64,000 bases of DNA from an uncultured Lachnospiraceae bacterium (lineage in GTDB: Bacteria > Bacillota > Clostridia > Lachnospirales > Lachnospiraceae). The notes under the pieces are model-generated. The model saw only the letters and a list, made by a program, of their open reading frames with translations. It was not told where the DNA came from and made no database searches. Below, piece by piece: positions 26,722 to 33,214 of the stretch (position 1 is its first letter; each line of letters opens with the position of its first letter). The position numbers and the translations under genes are program-made. Where the stretch lies: contig CALFCS010000190.1 of assembly GCA_937950565.1 (NCBI GenBank), positions 1,048-65,047 of the forward strand. Direction: 5' to 3'.

Positions 26722-27504
26722 CTAATCAACTTTTATAATAATGACTGATATGTTATCATTTTCCTTGCGCTGCTTATTAAGTTCTGTGCAATAAGTAGCG
26801 GCTTCTTTCATATCCTGCTCGGTCGTCAAATTCTCCCGGTTCAGTATCTTCGAAAACTCCTCCGGTGTAATAACATGCCGGAATCCGTCTGAACAAAGCA
26901 GGAATACATCTCCTTCTTTATATGTTCCTTCATAAAAATCTGGTACTACTACCGGACTTGCACCAACGCACTGGAGCAGCACATTTTTCTGCGGATGTAC
27001 TGCGGCCTCTTCCGGGGTCATCCTTCCTTCATCTACTTCTCTCTGGACAAATGTCTGATCCTTCGTGAGACTCTTCATCCCCTCATTCACAAGGTACACA
27101 CGGGAATCCCCTACGTTAATAATGTAATAATCCCCTTCTACAAAGAGCAGCGCAGCCAATGTGGTCCCGCATGGTGCGTGACAGGTCTCCCCATACCCGG
27201 CGATTTTAACATTGATTTCATCGACCAGCTGGTTCCAGCTCTTCTGCAGTGCATTGTAGTCAATCTTGCCCTCTTTTCTTTCCTTATATAATAAGAAAGG
27301 AAATTCTTCTTCGAACCAACGAGAAAATGCCCTAATCAAAGTGGCGCTGGCGACCTCGCCTTTTGCAAGGCCGCCCATTCCGTCACAGATTACGGAAAGA
27401 TGAACCCTTCCGTAATCCGTACTTGCCTCTTTGATTAAGACAGAATCCTGATTGGTATTTTTTCTGATTCCAATATCTGTATGTGCAATACTCAAAAACC
27501 CCAT
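26722..27504 (-). CDS. PP2C-family Ser/Thr phosphatase
   Basis: Motifs TDIGIRKNTNQDS, ICDGMGG, VGDSRVYL and LLCSDG, which are typical of Stp/PrpC. It lies immediately upstream of a kinase gene. Confidence 0.9.
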   Translation of the reverse strand: MGFLSIAHTDIGIRKNTNQDSVLIKEASTDYGRVHLSVICDGMGGLAKGEVASATLIRAFSRWFEEEFPFLLYKERKEGKIDYNALQKSWNQLVDEINVKIAGYGETCHAPCGTTLAALLFVEGDYYIINVGDSRVYLVNEGMKSLTKDQTFVQREVDEGRMTPEEAAVHPQKNVLLQCVGASPVVVPDFYEGTYKEGDVFLLCSDGFRHVITPEEFSKILNRENLTTEQDMKEAATYCTELNKQRKENDNISVIIIKVD

Positions 27505-27545
27505 CTTATGTCTCCTGCCCTGATATTTTTATATCTGCCTCTTCT

Positions 27546-29273
27546 TTATGACAAATGAAATTCAAATTCTTCATCTGATAATTTCAATACTGACTGGTTC
27601 GATAAGAGCATCTCTTTATGCGGGCTTGCCTGCACGCCATTTACAAAGGTACCGTTCGCAGAACCCATATCTGCTACATAATAATCCGCACCTTTCTTAA
27701 TGATTTCGCAGTGAAGACGGCTGACAGTCGTATTATCCATAACACAGTAATTTACTTTTTTCTTCTCTTTACCGATTTTGAAATTCTGAAGATTAATCAT
27801 AATCTTCTCGCCATTTTTCTTACGGATCAAGTATGCGCTTCCTGCTCCTCCGCCGAGGAGTGTTGTCTCTCCTGCTCCTGCATCCAGAAGTGTTGTCTCT
27901 CCTGCTCCTTCCGGCATAGATGTTGATGTCGCTGTCGGTGAAGGCATGGACGGGCCGCCTGCTCCTGCCGGTGAAGACATTCCTCCCGGATAACCAGATG
28001 GTCCAACCGGCGGTTTTGCTTTTGCTGATTTTTTCTTCTTGCTTGAAGATACAACGATTACAATAATGATTATGATAATAATCACAACTGCCGCGATAAT
28101 TCCGCCGATGAGAATCATATTCGGTCCGGACTTCTCCTCCAGTTTCATTGCATCTTTTAACCTGCTGGTTGCTGAATTAATTTCTGTTGCCTCTGCATCG
28201 TCACCTTTGGCATAAACAGTTTCCGCCGCGCCGATTTCATCATTTAATTTTCCAACGCTTTCTTCTGTATATTTCTTCGCATCTTTCACAAGAGCTTTTG
28301 CCTCTTCAATCGTTGCCTGCAGGTCTGCAAGAATTTTTGAGTTATCTACCTTTTCTGGTCCTGGTGGAACGGGTGGATCTGGTATTACTTCACCCCCAGG
28401 TACATATGTAATACCAAAAGTATCCAGCCCTTTTCTCACCGCATTAATCTGAATAGAATAATTTTTCTTTCCGGCAATGAAGGAATTAATTCCGATTACA
28501 TTATCGTTTTCATCCATCAAAGGACCGCCTGAATTACCATTATTTAAGGTTGCAGTATGCTCAATAATATCTACGTCTGCCGTTGTTGCCTTTGAAATAT
28601 TTCCCACAACACTGGACACGTCATCCTTTGTATTATATTCCTTGTTGCTGATTGAATCGGAAGGATACCCCATGGCATACACCTGATCCTTTACTTCAAT
28701 CTGATCGCTGTCTCCTAATGCAACCGGCTTCCTGTCATATATCTTCTCTGCCAGTTTTACAGCTGCAAAGTCGAGATCATCACTATTTACGCTGTCATGC
28801 ATTGTCGCAGCCACACGCATATCGCGATTTACATATAAGTAGATTTTGATGTGACTGTCATTTGGTGCAAGGTTCGGAACATTAAAAAGTGTTTTGAAAT
28901 CTTGAAATTCATCATTATCCATTGTGATTACATGCTTATTTGTCAATACATATTCATCATTGATCAAAAAGCATGTACCCCATTTGAAGTCATAGAAATT
29001 ACCCGCATCATCTTCATATCCTAATGAAATCTGCATTACACTTTCTCTCGGATCGTTCGTTGCCGTCAAGAGGCCTGTATTCCCTGCGTTAGTGTTATCG
29101 TCTTCTGCTATAGTCGATATTTGAATCGGCTCTGGCGACAATGAACGTGGCTCAAGAGTATATTCTGGTTCTACTCCCTCTGCCATAACCGGCAGCACCA
29201 TCATCCACATCATGCAAATTGCTGTAAGCAGCGACAGCAGTCTGCCTGCTCTTTTTCTTGTTGTACTTCTCAT
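27546..29273 (-). CDS. Secreted/membrane-anchored trypsin-like (S1) serine protease, TM segment, two ETTLL motifs and a cytoplasmic FHA domain
   Basis: Signal peptide followed by the protease core (TNKHVI..., GNSGGPLMDENDNVIGINSF). TM segment MILIGGIIAAVVIIIIIIIVIVV followed by KKKK. Then GAGETTLLDAGAGETTLL and the FHA pattern FKIGKEKKKVNYCVMDNTTVSRLHCEI...DMGSANGTFVNG. Confidence 0.8.
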   Translation of the reverse strand: MRSTTRKRAGRLLSLLTAICMMWMMVLPVMAEGVEPEYTLEPRSLSPEPIQISTIAEDDNTNAGNTGLLTATNDPRESVMQISLGYEDDAGNFYDFKWGTCFLINDEYVLTNKHVITMDNDEFQDFKTLFNVPNLAPNDSHIKIYLYVNRDMRVAATMHDSVNSDDLDFAAVKLAEKIYDRKPVALGDSDQIEVKDQVYAMGYPSDSISNKEYNTKDDVSSVVGNISKATTADVDIIEHTATLNNGNSGGPLMDENDNVIGINSFIAGKKNYSIQINAVRKGLDTFGITYVPGGEVIPDPPVPPGPEKVDNSKILADLQATIEEAKALVKDAKKYTEESVGKLNDEIGAAETVYAKGDDAEATEINSATSRLKDAMKLEEKSGPNMILIGGIIAAVVIIIIIIIVIVVSSSKKKKSAKAKPPVGPSGYPGGMSSPAGAGGPSMPSPTATSTSMPEGAGETTLLDAGAGETTLLGGGAGSAYLIRKKNGEKIMINLQNFKIGKEKKKVNYCVMDNTTVSRLHCEIIKKGADYYVADMGSANGTFVNGVQASPHKEMLLSNQSVLKLSDEEFEFHLS

Positions 29274-29411
29274 AGCCTTTAAATCCTCCTGTTTTATACT
29301 TATATTTGAACTACATTTTTTTCAGTCTATAATTATCGACATTTTTTTACAATGTGTGTCACATTTTGTGGTCAGGCTTTTTGTATTTTCTGTCACAATT
29401 TTCCTGCCAAA

Positions 29412-29970
29412 TCATTCTTTTACGACTTTAATAGCTCCTTTGTCATCCGGCATATCTGCTTCTACCGTCCGGTAATTTGTTCCCGGAACGGTATTCAAAA
29501 GCGTCCCCACAAAACTCCATTGATAATGATCAATCTTTCCCTTTGATTTCTGAATATCACTTGCATGAGCCAAAAGATATTGTTCGGAGAATCCCGGCCC
29601 ATCCAGATTCACGCACCGGTCTATCTTCTTTCGCATATAATCCGGCGCGGTAATCGTCGCATGCTCCGCGAGATTCCCTCCCAGCGAATGTCCTGTCATT
29701 CCAAAATGCGTATATTCATCTCCATATTTCTCATACAGTTTCCGTACATATCGTTCCGCCACAGCCTGCTGCGGCGTCAGCGTACTGTTCAAAAGTCCCA
29801 AATCAGAACCAATCCAGTCTGATATTTTTCAGCTTTTCTCCGCTTGCAGATTCCTTTTCCATTTCCAGAAGCTCTTTCACCGTATAGCTTCCGGAATCTA
29901 CTGCGGCGGAATTGAAATCCATATATGCAAGCTGCGACGCAATCACCATCTGTATATCAGAATAACTCAC
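29412..29970 (-). pseudogene. GHSLGG alpha/beta-hydrolase (Mbeg1/DUF2974-like lipase fold) split by a +1 frameshift in an A5 run
   Basis: The N-terminal 55 codons (GTG 29970 ... stop 29803) read VSYSDIQMVIASQLAYMDF...GEKLKNIRLDWF*. The C-terminal part (29412-29801) continues in another frame with ..GMTGHSLGG... Deleting one A from the run at 29825-29829 restores ..GEKLKISDWIGSDLGLLNS.. Confidence 0.55.
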
Positions 29971-30599
29971 AACCGTTCACCTGCCTTTTCTGTAAAATCG
30001 ACCTCTGATATTTGAATCTGTCCATTTTGAAAAGGAATAGTAATACGCTCCACATCCTCCGTCATATCCTGGAAGGTATCATCAAGTTCCGTTACCCCGG
30101 ACAAATATTTCTGCATTTTCTTTAATTCCTCTTCCTGCATAACATATAACTGGATATTCCCGCTCATAGAGGAGAGCCCGTCAAATGTCTTTTCTATTTC
30201 TGTATACGTTTTTTCTGCATTTTTTCTTTGTGGGCAATACATCAGATATACTGCAAACCGATTTTTTGTTTTTAATTCTACAAACTCTTCCACACTCATA
30301 TCTGCATTGTCTGAATTCACGTTTCTGCTTACCGGAACCACTTTTACTAACAAATATCCGTCCATGCGCTCAAGATTTTGCTCTATCTTCTGCTCCGCCT
30401 TATGGCAGACTTTTACAGACACGTAGTCGTCCTCTATATAACTGCCGTCACACGCGATTTCAGAATCAAAAAGGAGCTGTGGGGATTCTTTTGGATAGCA
30501 TGTTATCCGGAAGAATCCTTCCAGATGCTCTGTCCCTTCATATTTCTCTACCGCGAATTCCTCTCCATACTTCTCCTCCAGCATTGTAAGCGCCTGCAT
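29967..30599 (-). CDS. Hypothetical cytoplasmic protein, translationally coupled (GTGA overlap) to the hydrolase gene
   Basis: 210-aa ORF with no recognisable motifs. Its stop overlaps the downstream GTG. Confidence 0.5.
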   Translation of the reverse strand: MQALTMLEEKYGEEFAVEKYEGTEHLEGFFRITCYPKESPQLLFDSEIACDGSYIEDDYVSVKVCHKAEQKIEQNLERMDGYLLVKVVPVSRNVNSDNADMSVEEFVELKTKNRFAVYLMYCPQRKNAEKTYTEIEKTFDGLSSMSGNIQLYVMQEEELKKMQKYLSGVTELDDTFQDMTEDVERITIPFQNGQIQISEVDFTEKAGERL

Positions 30600-30783
30600 C
30601 CGACCAACGCCCTGTTTTTCTGATAAACGACATATTTTGCCCTAATAAAAAGAACTTCGTCCAAAACTGAATTTATAACTCTTTTAGTCATATTTAAAAT
30701 TGCCTTTATCCCGGAAAATCCGGGCGTTTAAAAAGTGGCTGAGCGAAAGAAAAAGTGTTGAAAACCCGTCTGTTTTTGGTACA

Positions 30784-31194
30784 ATGGAAGAAACAACAGA
30801 TAAGGGTAAGATAGATGTGCATATCATAGGAAGAATTAACAGAGATATTTATAAGTGTATAACGGATGATATTGTGACGGATGAAGTTATTATTACGGAT
30901 AACTAGATACGGCATATAAAGGAGCGGCATCCAAATGACTACGAAAGGTTTTCACAATATTTTTCAAAAATTGTACAAGAACCGGATTATATTATTGAAT
31001 CAAAGAAGAAAAATACTGCGCTTATATTAAAAGAAATACAAGCAGAGGAAGAAGTATTTAAAACAGTGTTGCGGTTGGCAACATCAAAAGATAATCCAGA
31101 ATACAAAAATTCCATTATTACATTTATGAAGATTGACGAAAAGGAATGGAATAGATTACTGAGAAATAAAAAAATCCTTTACCAAAAGGAATAG
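30784..31194 (+). pseudogene. Small conserved gene interrupted by an in-frame TAG at 30904-30906. It tentatively resembles Barnase-EndoU-ColicinE5/D-RelE-like (PBECR) small proteins of Firmicutes mobile elements.
   Basis: The reading frame is continuous across the TAG: MEETTDKGKIDVHIIGRINRDIYKCITDDIVTDEVIITDN*IRHIKERHPNDYERF...PDYIIESKKKNTALILKE... The family assignment is from memory of the VIITDERIxHIxxRH motif and was not searched. Confidence 0.45.
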
Positions 31195-31206
31195 TTCAGT
31201 TATATT
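31178..31206 (+). promoter_or_regulatory. Candidate sigma-70 promoter for ncRNA candidate E1 (TTTACC-N17-TATATT)
   Basis: The hexamers and 17-nt spacer were read directly. The predicted TSS at about 31212-31214 coincides with the first base of the E1 outer helix. Confidence 0.35.
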
Positions 31207-31212
31207 GAGAGT

Positions 31213-31342
31213 AAGATAAGAGCAGAACTCTTTGAGGTGGAAGAATTCGTACGGTCCACACGCCGATGGTATTGACAGGGGAACCCCCCGAGAGATGCAG
31301 GAGAAGCGTACGCCTGCCAAAGAGTTCTAGTTCTTTTATCTT
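31213..31342 (+). ncRNA. Structured-RNA candidate E1 (unclassified)
   Basis: Long closing helix (AAGATAAGAGCAGAACTCTTTG ... CAAAGAGTTCTAGTTCTTTTATCTT). It encloses the core TTTGAGGTGG-hairpin-CCACAC-GGGGAACCCC hairpin-GAGATGCAGGAGAAGCGTACGCCTGCCAAA. E2 on the opposite strand is a paralogue. Confidence 0.5.
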
Positions 31343-31411
31343 TAGAAGATTGTTCGAAGTAGAAAATTTCCATATGATTTGTAAAACTGATTTCCGTAAA
31401 TGCTTTTATTG

Positions 31412-31447
31412 AAAAATCGATAGCCAGTGGCTATCGATTTGCTTTCT
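31412..31447. terminator. Bidirectional Rho-independent terminator shared by the E1 and E2 transcripts (and by read-through from the permease gene)
   Basis: Perfect 10-bp stem ATCGATAGCC-AGT-GGCTATCGAT, flanked by AAAAA on the 5' side and TTTGCTTTC on the 3' side. Confidence 0.7.
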
Positions 31448-31474
31448 CAAACAACTCTTTAATATATTGCTACT

Positions 31475-31572
31475 CCAGATAACTATTTGGCAGGCGTCGC
31501 CTCTCCTGCATCTCTTTTGACCCAAGGGGTGTGTGGTTGCAACGAAATTTACCACCTCAAATAATTATCTGG
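31475..31572 (-). ncRNA. Structured-RNA candidate E2 (paralogue of E1)
   Basis: The minus strand reads CCAGATAATTATTTGAGGTGGTAAATTTCGTTGCAACCACACACCCCTTGGGTCAAAAGAGATGCAGGAGAGGCGACGCCTGCCAAATAGTTATCTGG. The core matches E1, while the outer helix and first inner helix covary. Confidence 0.5.
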
Positions 31573-31579
31573 GTAAAGC

Positions 31580-31608
31580 CTATTACAACTTGTATATGTT
31601 GCTTATAA
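31580..31608 (-). promoter_or_regulatory. Candidate sigma-70 promoter for E2 (TTATAA-N17-TAATAG)
   Basis: Read on the minus strand just downstream of the permease stop codon. The predicted TSS at about 31572 is the first base of the E2 outer helix. Confidence 0.3.
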
Positions 31609-31614
31609 TTGTTA

Positions 31615-33183
31615 TTATATGTAATCGAACTCATCCGGGCCCTTGAACCAGGAATTGCGTCCCAGGTGAAGCAAAATTGCAAGGACTGCTATAATAAGAT
31701 ATCCGATTGCGTAACCGGAAAGCGGATAGAAACCAAGCGCCGCACTGTGAATAAATCCAAATGCTGCAAGCACATAACCAACCACCGCTGTAAGAGCAAC
31801 CTTATCCAGCCTCTTATCAATGATAAATACGGTCATCGTTCCAAGCAGGATACCAATCAGAATCGCGCCCGCCTTTGTAGCTGCTACACCATTCCACATG
31901 ACACCATTGTCAATAATCATCTGCTTAACATCCGGTGCAAAATCCTGTATTCCGGATGGAAGAACCTCTGTATATATCTCAGCTAAAGCTCCTGCAGTAC
32001 CGGTAACCTGTGTATACAGGTAATCTGCAACGGATGGAACCATTGCAATACCGATTGCCGCATAATACTTTTTCTCACATGCATGGAATGCCTGTGCAAC
32101 CATAACAATTGCGCACCACAGGAATGTAATTGCACATACTGCAGGCGGAACGAGGTTATTCAGGAATGTAAACAACCCAAAAATACCGGATACACCAAGC
32201 ACAATACCGGATACGATGGAATATCCAATACCAGCATTTGATTTCTTAAGTCCTGCATGTCCAAGCCATACGGTATTCGGGATAATACCTCCGAACATAG
32301 CAGAAATCATTGTACAGATACCATCCGCAAACTGTGCCTCACGTACATTATAATTATCGCCTGCCGCATTAGAAGCCTCAACATTATCCATTGTCTCGAT
32401 GAAGTTGTAAATCTCAACAGGAATGATAATGGTAAGGTAAGGTACAACAATTGTAAAACCATTGATCATGTACTGAATACTTGTCACTGGATTCGGGAAA
32501 TAGAATCCCACACCGCTGAAATCAATCGTCGTACGTCCAAGACAAAGTGCGTAGATCACACCGCCGACAATTGCCACAACAAGCGGCGGTATTTTCTTCG
32601 GGAAGAGATATCCTCCGAAAATACCAACGCAGGCAACAAACAGGACCGGAAGTCCGACCATCGGATCTCCCAGAATGTCAAATACACCCTGTGTAGCCAT
32701 CCAGATAAAACCGATTCCGGCTACCGTACCAAGCAACGCCGCTCTTGGGATATGCTTTTTCATCCACGGACCGATAAAACCACCACAGAATTCAACAAAA
32801 CCACCAATGAAGCAGGCTGCCATCGCTGCGGACCACGCAAGCTTTGGATCTTCAAGTGAATAACTCAGCGGCATAACAACACCGTACAAGATAACAAACA
32901 TCGCCGGGGTAGAAACGCCTGACGGAAGCGCTGTAACATCTGCACGCCCCTCTTTTTTTGACAACTTATATCCCATCCATGCATAATATAGACATCCAAG
33001 CATCAGACCGATTGACATAGCAGGTACTACATAACCGAACACAACATCATCCGGCCACCCCAGTACATAAGTCAAGGTAGCAATTACAATAAGATAGTTG
33101 ACAATATTATTTGTAACTGCATAGGAAATGCCTCCAATGTCTCCACGACGGAAAAATGGGACCACTGTCTTTTGTTCTTTCAT
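31615..33183 (-). CDS. Polytopic permease, probably a nucleobase (NCS2/AzgA-like) transporter
   Basis: 522 aa and highly hydrophobic with more than 10 predicted TM segments. It is the last gene of an operon with two adenine deaminase genes. The family assignment comes from context and composition only. Confidence 0.5.
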   Translation of the reverse strand: MKEQKTVVPFFRRGDIGGISYAVTNNIVNYLIVIATLTYVLGWPDDVVFGYVVPAMSIGLMLGCLYYAWMGYKLSKKEGRADVTALPSGVSTPAMFVILYGVVMPLSYSLEDPKLAWSAAMAACFIGGFVEFCGGFIGPWMKKHIPRAALLGTVAGIGFIWMATQGVFDILGDPMVGLPVLFVACVGIFGGYLFPKKIPPLVVAIVGGVIYALCLGRTTIDFSGVGFYFPNPVTSIQYMINGFTIVVPYLTIIIPVEIYNFIETMDNVEASNAAGDNYNVREAQFADGICTMISAMFGGIIPNTVWLGHAGLKKSNAGIGYSIVSGIVLGVSGIFGLFTFLNNLVPPAVCAITFLWCAIVMVAQAFHACEKKYYAAIGIAMVPSVADYLYTQVTGTAGALAEIYTEVLPSGIQDFAPDVKQMIIDNGVMWNGVAATKAGAILIGILLGTMTVFIIDKRLDKVALTAVVGYVLAAFGFIHSAALGFYPLSGYAIGYLIIAVLAILLHLGRNSWFKGPDEFDYI

Positions 33184-33214
33184 TTTTCTCTCTCCTTTTG
33201 TTCCTTTTTGTTAC

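Noticed and set aside
29274-29411. Repeated TGTCACA/GTGGTCA-like words upstream of the first T7SS-locus gene, plus a GTGGTCA 7-mer shared with the 4113-4238 gap. These were considered as possible LytTR operators.
   Set aside because: The words are short (7 nt). Their spacing (about 34 nt) and orientation are inconsistent between the two regions. A rough expectation shows that such matches arise by chance in ~130-bp AT-rich regions. There is no support without comparative data.
30700-30783. The upstream part of ORF 30700-30906 (MPLSRKIRAFKKWLSERKSVENPSVFGT).
   Set aside because: It has no RBS and spans a CCCGGA-AAA-TCCGGG hairpin. The conserved protein sequence begins at the internal ATG at 30784.
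31261-31330. Short ORFs inside E1/E2 starting at the shared ATGCAGGAG (11-13 codons), considered as a possible type I toxin or leader peptide.
   Set aside because: A 1-nt indel between the copies (GCGTACGCC versus GCGACGCC) changes the frame, so the peptides are unrelated. The only SD-like GAGGTGG is too far upstream.
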